DNA from: Hemiscyllium ocellatum
Taxonomy: Eukaryota
DNA length: 64,000 nt
NCBI RefSeq assembly: GCF_020745735.1
Contig: NW_026869299.1
Location: forward strand, 1 to 64,000
Direction: 5' to 3'
Position 1 is the stretch's first letter. Every line of letters begins with the position of its first letter. Shown in pieces: positions 1-10,966 of the stretch. The notes under the pieces are model-generated. The model did no database searches and had not been told where the DNA came from. It saw nothing but the letters and a program-made list of their open reading frames with translations. The translations under genes were made by a program, and so were the position numbers.

Positions 1-379
1 ACTGTGTGGTTTCAAACCTTGCAAATCTTCTCTCTTTGATAGAGCTTGTTCTAACAGTTAATTCTTGTCTTGATTATTTCAGAAACTATAACTAAAAATT
101 CCTATTTTTAACCAAGTTTCAAATATTATTAAAAGTTACAGCACTGGCATTTCCTGCAGTGAGCTTTGTGGTGTTTAAATGTTCTGGTCAAAATTTGCTT
201 CAAGCAGAAGACTGAACCATTGGTTTCTCTGAGTTCCCAGCCACTGCCCTTGCAGTTCCATAATAACTGCAAGCTATTGATAAGCCCCAGAATGAACAGA
301 ATGTCCAGGCCCTGTACACATCCAAACGCCATGATGGAGGCCTCGAAGCCCTCAGTTTCTTCCTGTCATGCCAACCCAA

Positions 380-1405
380 GCAGTACATGCTCAACCTCAA
401 CTACATTTCCTTTCAATCCTCCCACTTCCTCCAAACCAAAGGGGTAGCCATGGACCCCAGCTATGCCTGCCTCTTCGTCAGATATGTGGAACAGTCAATC
501 TTCCACAGCTACACCGGTATCATTGCCCACCTTTACCACCGCTACATTGATGACTGTATCAATGCCACCTCATGCAACCACTAGGAGGTTGAACAGTTCA
601 TTAACTTTACGAAAACCTTCCACCCTGACCTAAACTTTACAGGGACCATCTCGGACACCTCCCTCCCTTTCCTAGACCTCTCCATCTCTATCTCCAGTGA
701 CCAACTAAACATTTACTACAAGCCCACTGACTCCCACAGCTACCTGGACTACACCTCCTCCCACCCGACCTCAGGTAAAAATGCCATCCTTTATTCTCAA
801 TTCCTCTGCCTCCACCGCATCTGCTCCCAGGAGGTCCAGTTCCACCATAAAACATCCCAGATCCTTTATCAAAGAATGCAATTTCCCCTCCCACGTGGTC
901 GATGATGCCCTTGAACCCCATCCCTCCAATCGCAACAGGGAGCCCTCCTGGTCCTCATCTTCCACCGCACCAACCTTGCATACATCATATCATCCTCTGC
1001 TGCTTCCACCACTGTAAACAGACCCCATCACTCGGGGTATATTTCCCTCCCTACACCTATCTGCATTCCGGAGACACCATTCCCTCCACGACTCCCTCGT
1101 CAGGTCCATGCCCCCCACCAGCCCACTCCCCACCCCTGTCACCTTCCCCTGTCACCACAGGAAGTGCAAAACCTGCGCCCACACCTCCCCCCCACCTCCG
1201 ACAAGGCCCCAAATGATCCTTCCACATCCCACAGAAACTTATCTATACTTCCACAAATGTCATCCACTGTGTCTGTTCCACCCGATGTGGTCTCCTCTGC
1301 ATCAGGGAGACAGGACACTAACTTGCGGATCATTTCAGAAAACATCTCTGGGACACCCGTGCCAACCAACCCCACGGCCCCGTGGCTGAACACTTTAACT
1401 CCCCC
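380..1405 (+). mobile_element. Decayed, 5'-truncated Penelope-like retroelement fragment (RT C-terminal half, Cys motif, GIY-YIG remnant)
   Basis: Translates to SHFLQTKGVAM..PSYACLF, YIDDC, YKPTDSHSYLDY-like and CHHRKCKTC motifs. Homologous to the longer element at 23120-25580. Frameshifts and stops present. Confidence 0.85.
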
Positions 1406-1959
1406 TCCCACTCCACCAAGAACAGCCGGTCATATTCCTGTTCAATTCCAATGAATAAATACAAAATAACCGAGTCTGAATTTGGGATGATATTAATAGG
1501 ATTTATTTCAATCTAAGCATGAACAGATTATTTTGACTTAACAGGTGGAGAGATTCACTTCCTGAAAAAGCAGCTCAAGTGATATAAGCTGGCACCAAAC
1601 CGAGTTTGGTCAATACTGAGGCAAAACTACAGCATCCAGTCTTGAGTGAAATAAATAAAGAAACTATCTTAACCCCAGAACAAGATAGAGTGTATTAAAT
1701 ATGAACAAAGACTCGAGTATTTTAGGATATAATAGAAAAGTAATTTATAGTATATTGAAATGCAAACAGAGATGTGAAATCTCTCCATTCTTCCTAGCTA
1801 AATTAATCATTTCAGAAATTTGTTAATTTTCATGTGTCACTCGTCGGTCCATTCCACGAACCTTGCTAGGTCCTTGTTAAATTCTGAACCATCAGGCGAT
1901 GGTTCACAGTGGTTGCGAGTTTCATGTTACAGCAAATTGTGATGTTGTCCACTGTATGC

Positions 1960-2539
1960 CAATGTCTTAGTTAAAAATTTGAAGCAATCACAGCTCCAAA
2001 CATTTACAAAATATCACTATGGATCTTCCTTGAGTCCAAAAAAAATCCCTTTGATCAATGATTTCTAAAATTTGTTCCCATATCTTTTTTTGAAGGACGT
2101 TTTCAAATAACTTGAAGTGCAAATGGTTCACATCAGTCGGAATACAGTAACATTTCATGTGTTACCCCACACAAAAAAAATCAAGCAATTTTGTTATCAC
2201 GAGTTGTTCTAAGCAAGTCTAGGATGGACTGTTTTATCAAACAAAATCATTTCCAATGTTGTGAGGGCCCGTCTATCTTCTGTGCAATGGTCTGAATTTT
2301 GTATCTGAATGCAGATGTAACTGGCTGCTCTGGGTAAAAGTACAGTTTGTGCCTTTCACATTGTTAATGTATATTGCTGACTTTAGTTGAATAAAGCGAT
2401 GTTGTCCCAGGCATCGTCTGGCACCATTAATTAGACCATTAATTTCCACATCGCTAGCCGGAGAGTCAGGTGGAGTTTATTGATATCATTGAACTGAAGG
2501 CTTGGAATATTTCCGGTATGAATCATGTGAATTAGAGCC
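1960..2539 (+). repeat. Left arm of a ~580-bp inverted repeat (right arm 4153-4747)
   Basis: The reverse complement of 4153-4747 aligns across this interval, e.g. GGCACCATTAATTAGACCATTAATTTCCACATCGCT vs AGCGATGTGGAAATTAATGGTCTAATTAATGGTGCC. Confidence 0.93.
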
Positions 2540-4152
2540 TCTGAACGAGACAAAGTAGGAAAGATGAATTGAGGAAGGATGAAGTTTTCACGACAGAGAT
2601 CACTTCGCCCATTACACCTGTATCATGTGAAAACAGAACCTTCCAGCCAACACCCACTTTATAGCATGTTGTCCATAACCCTGCAGGTGATAGCACTTGA
2701 AGTAAACATTCGGGAACATTGTGTAGGGTCTAATCCATTATCAACATAGATATGATCTCCAATGCTGTAAATCCTGGCTTATGGGGAAAAAAGTAGGGGC
2801 AGAACGCCCATTTCTAAACGTTGTTTCTCAGGACGTTTTGACAATTCTTGACTTAATATCATTGTAAACTGACATGAAAAAAATGCAGACATGTTCCCCA
2901 GAAACGCTGACAGCAACATACCTTTACTCAGTCAAGATCAGCAACATGAATTAAGAAAGTTTTTAAAAATCTTTCTTTTAACTGATTATTGACAACACGG
3001 ATTTCACAAAGTGAGAAGTACAGAAGGGAAGGGGGGAGGGCTGGGTGTGGACGATGTTCACTTGTGAGAAACAAAGCTCACACACTTCAATAATTTCAGT
3101 CCGAGACAAAATCTGAATCAGTGGTGCCCTTTGTTTTACTCTTGCAAGACGGTGTGATGTCCACTGTCCACAAGGCAGGGACACACACACTGAATTCAAC
3201 TAATACACGATATTTATGTAATTTGGTTTCTATTTTTTTATTTCATTGCTCCTCCCCTGTTTACATCTTCCACTTCCCTAAGACCGGCGCCCTCCTTGTC
3301 TGTGACAAATGCTTATTTCTGGCCTCACAAGGCTGTTTGACCTCATCCCGCTGTGGCCCATTGTTAGGCATATCCTTTCTTCACTATTATCTATTCCCTC
3401 CATCTGTGCCTTCCCCTACCATACTGATCCTTATGACCCTTTTAATTGGGGTTTGTTCCTGTGTTTCAGTAAAAGTGGGAAACAAATGTTTATACCTACT
3501 GTTTGTACAGGCATATCTAGCTTAACTCCCTCCCCTCACAGCATCTTATCTATTCGTCTGTAATATCTACCATTGTTTTGCAGTCACGTTTCATTCTTGC
3601 ATACAATTTTAGTGAATACAAAAACAATTATGTATTTCCTCTATATAGTTTCCATTCTTGTTGACTCAGCTCTTGGCTGAAACAATTACACACTGGTGTG
3701 AGTTCATTTACTTTGTATAAGTAATTATAATTGCAGAAGTAACACTACTTTAACTATATCCCACACACTGCTCCCTGATGTCTGGTTGCATTTGTGAGCA
3801 ACAGGTGAACCTGCGAACCAGATTCAGGATGGTACCGCAGGTATTTCAGCAGATACTGTGTAAACGGAATTCTCCCATAAATCAGCAATGACATGAACAT
3901 TTATTTTTTATGGTGTTTGAAGCCAAATAAAATTGAACAATATAGTGGGACAAGTTCCTTTCATTTCTTTGAACTAGTATCAAGGGACACTCTCTGTGGA
4001 CCTGGAGTGGCAGGAGGATCTTTAACAGCAGAATGTGAGGGAACAAAGTTACCGTTGGAAATCCAGATAGACTGGAACTTGTTTCACTGGAGGGTGAGAG
4101 TTCGGGGGGTGACCTCATATAAGTTTATAAAGCCATGAGTGGAAAGGTGAAT

Positions 4153-4747
4153 GGCTCTAATTTACATGATTCATCCTGGAAATGTACGAAGCTTTCGTTT
4201 CAAAAATATCACATATCAATAAACTCCACCTGATCCTCTGGCGAGCGATGTGGAAATTAATGGTCTAATTAATGGTGCCAGACGATGCCTGGGGCAACAT
4301 CCCTTTATTCAACTAAAGTCAGCAATATACATTAACAATGTGAAAGGCGCAAACTGTACTTTTACCCAGAGCAGCCAGTTTCATCTGCAGTCAGACACAA
4401 CTTCAAAATTCAGACCATTGCACAGAAGATAGACAAGCCCTCACAACACTGGAAATGATTTTGTTTGATAAAAGAATTCATCGTAGACTTCCTCAGAGCA
4501 ACTCATGTCAACAAACTTGTTTTTTTTGTGTGTGGGGTAACACACGAAATGTCACTTTAATACGATTGATGTGAACCACTTGCATTTCAGAAGTTATTTG
4601 AAAACGTCCATCACATTAGATACGCGAATAAATTTTACAAATCATTGATCAAAGGGGACAATCTTTTTTGGACTCAAGGAAGATCCATAGTAATATTTTG
4701 TAAATGTTTGGAGCTGGGATTGTTCTCAATTTTTGACCCAGACATTG
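4153..4747 (-). repeat. Right arm of the ~580-bp inverted repeat (left arm 1960-2539)
   Basis: Manual reverse-complement alignment. About 96% identity over a ~165-bp core near the inner end, lower elsewhere. Confidence 0.93.
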
Positions 4748-4749
4748 TC

Positions 4750-5060
4750 GTATTTTCCCTATGGTGGGGGATTTCAACAATAGGGAACATGTTTTACAAT
4801 GAGAGGAGAAAAATTTTTAAAACGATATCAGAGACAACTTTTTACACAGAGAATGGTTTGTGTCTGGGATGATCTGGTGGTGGATACTTACAACCTATAG
4901 AAGACATTTGGATAAGTAAATGAATATCAAATGTTTGGAAGGATATGGGCCAAGTACACACAGGTGGGATTAGTTTAGTTTGGGATTATGACTGGCATGG
5001 ACTGGTTGGACTGAAGTGTCTGTTTCCATGCTGAATCACTCCATGACTCTATGACTATTT
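4750..5060 (+). mobile_element. CR1-group LINE 3' end fragment
   Basis: Typical shark CR1 3' region (AGACATTTGGATAAGTAAATG...GGACTGGTTGGACTGAAGTGTCTGTTTCCATGCTG...GACTCTATGACT). Confidence 0.7.
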
Positions 5061-6213
5061 ATCAATTTTTCTCAATATTAAACAGTGCTGCAGTGATCCT
5101 CGAATGAACTGTTGATGTTTAGGTTGTGTCTGAGACTCTGCGAATATTTCCTTCAATGAGAGGAGGGACTAGTTCTCCAAGTTTCACAACTGAAAAATAA
5201 ACTTTTCTCCAGTATTGTTGCTGAGTAGATTTGTTTCTGCAGAGGCAGTGGTTATGGTCTGCAGTTTGCTTTCCACCAACTGGTCAACAGTGAGACAAAA
5301 TATCTTTGATCCCCTGCAGAAACTCCACCTGCTTCCAGTAAATGAACCTGGGAACTCAAGGACCTTTTCTGCAGTCAGCTTAATTGCTGCCAACTATTGT
5401 ATCTGGCCGATTAAAGGGAAAATGAATCAACTAAAGTAAAATCCTACCAAACAAACTATATTTTCCCATTTACTCACAATGGATACATTTCACTTGGCAT
5501 TTCTTCTTTAAAAAGGAAAGTCACTGAATACAGCATTCACCGTATGACTATCAGAAACAGGACATTGAATGCAATGACATTCTGGTTAGTTCAGCCTGTT
5601 TATTGAGTATCTTTAAAGCTCCTGAATATGAAGTTAATGGATCCAAAATCCCACATTGCAGTAACATTTGTTATCATCTCAAAGTAAATTAACAAACTTG
5701 AATTGGTTCAAACTCACATCACTTGGTACACCATTCTCTGATTCATTTATCTCATTAAAACTGAGTGGGCCCTTTATACATGGTTAACACTGGTGTCGTG
5801 TAACAGCGAATTTCTGCTTATTTTTATGAGTTAACTGCCCCTGTCAGAGCTATCAGTGAGCAGAGAAATGTACTGTTTATAACCTACATTCGTGGTAATG
5901 ATTATTGTAATACTCTCTAATTTAACCAAACACTCCTGATGTACCCAGACAGTTACCTGCAATGGTTTAGATGTTGAGGATTTTTTTAAAAAAACGTATG
6001 GACTGTCCTGTTCTAGTTCATTAGATGCTCTTTCAAAAGTTTACCTAGGTGTTATGTATCACTGCCAACTCACTTTTTGTTTCTCAGGCACACAGCTTTC
6101 CTTTACTATGCATTTTAAAAAATTTGAAAAAAAAGATGCAAGGAGAGACATTCTGCAATGTAAGGAGGTGCTTCTAATCTCCGGGTCCAAACTGTTTAGT
6201 GACATCCACTCAC

Positions 6214-6668
6214 ATTCTGAACATAATCACTTTAGACCTGCTCCATATTAGGTTGCCTAAATGGAATTTAGAAACGCAGATTAGAAATGGGATGTTATTT
6301 TGTAAAGTGAGAGAGAGGTTGAGTGACAGCAAAAATAAAGTCACTCATTTTGTTGGTTAATAATATGATTGAAGTTCTTTTTAGCTTTATCTGCTTGTGG
6401 TGGAATGTAGAATTAAAGGGAGTTAACTTCTAATTGAATATTCTGAATATAATCACTTTGGACACGCTCTGTATTCAGTTGCCTAAATTGAATTTTGAAA
6501 TGTTTAGTATGAATTACATGTTATTTTGTAGTGGGACTGAGACTGGCAGTGTCCTGGGGAAAAAAAACTCAATTGTTTTACTAGCTAGTAATACGTTTGA
6601 ACTTTGATTTTAGTTTTATCTGTTTGTGAATGAATGTAGAAATAAAGGGAGCTAACTTCCGAATGAAT
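6214..6668 (+). repeat. Diverged tandem dimer, ~226-bp period, upstream of the VH promoter
   Basis: ATTCTGAACATAATCACTTT at 6214 and ATTCTGAATATAATCACTTT at 6440. Both units end in GAATGTAGAA(T/A)TAAAGGGAG(T/C)TAACTTC. Confidence 0.85.
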
Positions 6669-6937
6669 TTATTTTAAAACAAAATACTTGCAACTATCAT
6701 GTGAAATAGACCTGAAGGTACTCAATTTTACTTCCACCATTTAAAAAAAAACACTCCCAAAGAAGCTACTCAGCAAAATAAATATCCCAAGATGTGTATA
6801 TATCCATGTTTAAGCGTAACCTGGTAAATACATGAGCCCATGTGTTGGGGCTGTGCAAGCTGAGACCAGGATCCAGTCTCAGCCTCCAGCAGGAAACCAA
6901 CAGGCGGAAGCTGTGAGCCTGCCCTTTCCGATGGCCA

Positions 6938-6943
6938 TATAAA
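6938..6943 (+). promoter_or_regulatory. Putative TATA box of the VH promoter (copy 1)
   Basis: TATAAA about 90 bp upstream of the leader ATG at 7031, with GGAA (Ets-like) motifs just upstream. Confidence 0.6.
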
Positions 6944-7030
6944 TCCTAGGCACTGGACCGTAATTCAACACTCCGGGATCGGCTTTGTTTAGAAAGATCT
7001 TGACAGAACCGCTTCCCAGAAGTTATCAGA

Positions 7031-7079
7031 ATGATTGTGTCGACAATTTTTCTCAGTTTATTACTGACTTTCTTATCAT
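7031..7079 (+). CDS. IGHV: IgH V leader exon (copy 1), MIVSTIFLSLLLTFLS + phase-1 T
   Basis: ATG at 7031, hydrophobic signal peptide, canonical GTGAGT donor at 7080, 105-bp intron, phase compatible with the V exon. Confidence 0.96.
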
Positions 7080-7184
7080 GTGAGTGTTTTTTTGTTTAAG
7101 TCTGTCTTTGTTGCTGTCTCAATGTTAGTCTACCTCAGGAATGTAAAAGTAATGCTCATGGTTTATTTCTTGTCTTTTTTAAAG

Positions 7185-7489
7185 GTGTCCAGTCGGAGGT
7201 TGTTTTGACCCAGCCAGAGGCAGAGACTGGCCATCCCGGAAGCAGCCTGACACTGACCTGTAAAACCAGCGGGTTCGATCTCAGCAGCAGCTACATGCAC
7301 TGGGTCCGCCAGGTTCCCGGCCAGGGTCTGGAGTGGCTGCTTTGGTACTATAGTTCATCCAGCAATAACTATGCACCAGCGATTCAGGGTCGATTTACTG
7401 CGTCCAAAGACAATTCAAACAACATTTTCTCGTTGAAAATGACTAACCTGAAGATCGAAGACACCGCCATCTATTACTGTGCAAGATAC
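7185..7489 (+). CDS. IGHV: IgM-type VH exon (copy 1), unrearranged: (C)[101 protein letters not shown]
   Basis: Polypyrimidine tract and AG acceptor at 7183-7184. Open frame with both canonical Cys, WVRQ, GLEW and DTAIYYCAR. The framework resembles elasmobranch IgM VH. Confidence 0.97.
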
Positions 7490-7528
7490 CACAGCGAGAG
7501 GAACCAGGGCTGGACCCGTTCAAAAACA
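7490..7528 (+). promoter_or_regulatory. VH recombination signal sequence, 23-bp spacer (copy 1)
   Basis: Heptamer CACAGCG 7490-7496, spacer 7497-7519 (23 nt), nonamer TCAAAAACA 7520-7528. Confidence 0.93.
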
Positions 7529-7876
7529 GCTCGAGGGAACATTTTGTCAATTCCATCATAAACTGATGGTCAGTTTGAGTTTTAAATGCAATTATACCAA
7601 CTGCGATCTGAAGCAGACCTCAGGCTGCCTCTTACAAAGCTATCAAAGAGGAAATGTACCATTTAAACTAGCAAACTGGTGACACAATGGGACAATGTTT
7701 TAGGCATGTCATATGTACTGCTAACACTTCCATCAATTAAATGCTGGGACAAAATATATCTGACAGCTCAGGAAATCACTGCTAATTGTTATGTCAACTA
7801 TGGCATTCATTCTAAACATGATCAGTGCTAAATGGCTCTTTCAAATGAAAATTGAGACCTTGAGTAAAGAACAGAG

Positions 7877-7904
7877 AATGAGTGTACTGGTCTACATCAT
7901 TGTG
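7877..7904 (-). promoter_or_regulatory. 12-bp-spacer RSS 5' of the joined D/J segment (copy 1); good heptamer, degenerate nonamer
   Basis: + strand AATGAGTGT (7877-7885), ACTGGTCTACAT (12 nt), CATTGTG (7898-7904; reverse complement CACAATG), directly abutting the D-like sequence. Confidence 0.75.
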
Positions 7905-7971
7905 ATATATTACAGTGGGTACTGGGGTATTGATTACTGGGGCCAAGGGACCATGGTGACTGTGACTTCAG
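7905..7971 (+). CDS. IGHJ: Germline-joined D(1)-D(2)-JH segment (copy 1): IYYSGYWGIDYWGQGTMVTVTS
   Basis: WGQG motif, VTVTS end and phase-1 GTAAGA donor at 7972. No RSS lies between the D-like 5' part (ATATATTACAGTGGGT, ACTGGGGT) and the J core. 67 nt, open frame. Confidence 0.9.
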
Positions 7972-8485
7972 GTAAGAACTTTGAACATTCTTAGTGACTT
8001 TTTAAAAACTTTCTATTCATGTGACTAATTTCTGAATTAAATGAAACTCAGATTCTGTGCTGAGTTTGGTTTGGTTCGGATTGATTTTTGTTCAGACTGA
8101 TTATAGACTTCAGTTAAGGCTCAGCAAATAGTTAAAATGGTGATGATGGAGTCATTTGCTCAGTGTATCTCTTTTTTTTGATCAGATGGACATTCTATGT
8201 GGCTGGGTTACTTGAAACACCTAATGTCTCTTAATCAGTCAGCTATAAATAATGTTTAATGTCAGTGACACCCTGACTGTGAGTTTTATTATCAACAACA
8301 AATGCTACGAATTCAAAGATGTTCAAGATATTACAAAACATGACTAAAATATGCTAAAATATCATTATTCATTTCTTGAATATATGTTCTTACCATGATT
8401 ATATTTTCTCATTTATTTTGTTAATTTTGTTGATGACAGGCAGGTTAGAAACTGTCATCAAAGTTTCTTGCGGTGCTATATTGCA

Positions 8486-8790
8486 TTCTGTTGATTAGAT
8501 TCGGAGTTTGTTTCACTGTTGAATTGAGTTGATTGGATTTTGGCTTTGTTTTAGTTGATTCGGGTTGAACTGTGTTGATTGGATTCTGACTTTGTTTTTA
8601 CTTGGTTTTGTTGAATTGTGTTGATTGACTTTTGAAATGGTTTTATTTGATTCTGTTGAATTGAATTGGTTGGATTCTGATTATGTTTCATTCAAATCTG
8701 TTGTTTTAAGTTGATTGGATTCTGATTTTATTTTCCTTGATTCTGTTGAATTGAGTTGATTGGATTCTTATTCAGTTTGTGAAATTGATC
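8486..8790 (+). repeat. G/T-rich degenerate tandem repeat, 45-46-bp period, ~6 units, just 3' of JH
   Basis: GTTGAATTGAGTTGATTGGATT-like cores start at 8518, 8564, 8610, 8655, 8700 and 8745. Confidence 0.88.
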
Positions 8791-10380
8791 TGCGTTTTCA
8801 TGCTTTCTGAATCGATGTTTTCTTTCTGGTGAGGAGATTGACTCTCTGGAATACTTTTCATTACCAATATTTGTGAAGTTCTTTTGTTTTTCATGAATCA
8901 TTTCTGCATTTGTTAAACTTATATGACACATTTTTCTCTGCTTGATTGAAAACATGACATCCATTTGTAACGGTCTGAAAAACAACTTAAGGCAGAAACC
9001 CAGATGTGTGAGAAATGAAAAAAAAAGAGTTTTTAATGGATTGACTTTAAACAAAAAACTCCGTTCTAATTGTAAACGAACTGAATTTTGTTTTGAGTAG
9101 CCTCATTCAAAATAAAATTTGGGACCTAAATCTGAAACTGCAGAATTGATCAGATTACGTAATTGAAACTAACTTAAAATTATAATGTGGTAATATTTGT
9201 CCATTCAGTAATTTTGTTTTGACCATGAGGTGATTAATCAATATATGCCTTCAACCCCACTCTACTGTGCACTGCACAAGATTGTCATGATCAGGAAGGG
9301 TGTGCAGGTTAGAAATAAATTGAACTATTGCCAGAAACGTTACAGCTTTAAGTGTTAAGTCCCCTCACAAACAAGGTTGCTATTATGACCTGTTATTTCT
9401 ATTCAATTTAATCATTAGTTTGCTTGATTCTGAGCAGCTTTGTTAGACTTCAATTTGGTTTTATTTGTGAGGTGACATCATGTTCTTGGTTCTGTTGAAA
9501 ATGTTTGCAGAGCTAGTTCTGCTGCAAACATACCGTGTTGTGATCTGGTGATCGTTGATCTGTTGAGGAGGGACTGTGCTTGGGTAACATTAAATGTGTT
9601 ATATTTGGGAAACCGTTTCTGGTTTCTACATTGTTTTTGCAATGTTAACACGGTTGGTGACAGTGAACTGCTCTTTCCTCATTCAATGCAATCAGCATGC
9701 GAGTTAAAATTTCATAAAGTCTATTATAAAGTGAAAGGCAAATCGCACAGGTTTTAGAAATGAAGGGAAAACAGATACCTTCAGGTGCTATTTTTACTTA
9801 AAATAAATAACTAAGGATTAATCTAATCCATGCTTTACAATCCAAATTCGAAACTCAACTATCTAGTTCAATCACAAGGTCTGTCTTTAAACAGTTTACA
9901 AGTCATAGAGAAATATAAATAGAATTTCAAAAGTCTAATGTTCTAATAGTTCTTGCTCTTGAGCAAAAATGCCATGACTGTGCTATAATTGATCAAGAAA
10001 CACCTTTCAATTCCGCTGTACACTACATACATATTTTTCTGGCTGGAAAAGATCATTGGCAAAGACCATTTGGAAATTCTGCTCAATTCTATGAAGAACA
10101 GATCAGTTTCACTGCTTTGAACAGTTTCACATATAACTTGAGTTAATTAATTGTTATGTCCCTGATTAAACTGGATTTGCAGGATAAAAATAAAACATTA
10201 ACTGAATTATTTAACCTGCACAGTGCTTTAGGTGTTCCCAATCTGTGCATTTTAAATAAATAGTTACATTTTACAACAAAATATCAACTGAAGAGTCATT
10301 CTTCGGGAAACAACTGCTATAGTGAATTATGTGACCAACCAAATTTCGAATTAATTAAAGTAATCCACTCATGAACTCCA

Positions 10381-10725
10381 GGGCAGCATGGTGGCTCAGT
10401 GATTGGCATTGCTGCCTCACAGCGCCAGGGTCCCAAATTTGATTCCACCCTCGGGTGACTGCCTGTGTGGAGTTTGCACATTCTCCCTGTGTCTGTGTGG
10501 GTTTCCTTCAGGCGCTGTGGTTTCCTACCACAGTCCAAAAGATGTGCAGGTCAGGTGATTGTGCAGTTTAGCACAGCCATAGTGTTCAGGGATGTCTAGG
10601 TTAGGGTGCATTAGTCAAGGACAAATATAAATTAGGGGGAATGGGTCTGGGTGGGCTACTTACTGTTCAGAGGGTCAGTGTGGAATTGTTGGGCCAAATG
10701 GCCTGTTTCCATACTGTAGGAACTC
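10381..10725 (+). mobile_element. tRNA-derived V-SINE (HE1-like)
   Basis: GGGCAGCATGGTGGCTCAGTG head, central GTGTGGAGTTTGCACATTCTCCC domain, CR1-like tail GGGCCAAATGGCCTGTTTCCATACTGTAGG. Confidence 0.88.
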
Positions 10726-10966
10726 TCCTCTTAAAACCATGGGAGTACTTGCTGCAAACGCAGAAAATTCATTTTACATCGATGTGTTCAGGCGTATGCA
10801 GAGTTCACAAATTTGCAGAAGACATGAACTAGAGGATAACAGAGCACATTGTTTATTCAAACACTGAAAATAGAGTAATATTTATTTTAATTAATATACT
10901 TGATCGATTTATTGCAATGTAGCGATCTGAAGGAATCTGCTCACATTAGTTCAGTGTGACCATCAT

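Noticed and set aside
1905-1911. CACAGTG next to a small hairpin (GAACCATC-AGGC-GATGGTTC), plus heptamer-like words in the minisatellite and SINEs
   Set aside because: No nonamer at the correct spacing and no adjacent Ig segment; expected by chance or from repeat content.
3893-4138. ORF with GGSLTAECEG...W resembling a decayed Ig V exon
   Set aside because: No WxRQ, no YYC, no splice acceptor/RSS pair; the similarity is too weak.
7205-7561. ORF-track 118-aa protein as a complete gene
   Set aside because: The start is a TTG inside the V exon and the tail is read-through of the RSS. The real structure is spliced leader + V requiring recombination.
7683-7689. CACAATG in the V-D interval as the RSS of an extra D segment
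   Set aside because: No nonamer at 12 or 23 nt and no opposing upstream heptamer.
7911-7917. TACAGTG inside the D-like sequence as a 3' D heptamer (i.e. an unjoined 6-nt D)
   Set aside because: It lacks the essential CAC, has no nonamer at 12 or 23 nt, and the downstream sequence is the J coding region itself.
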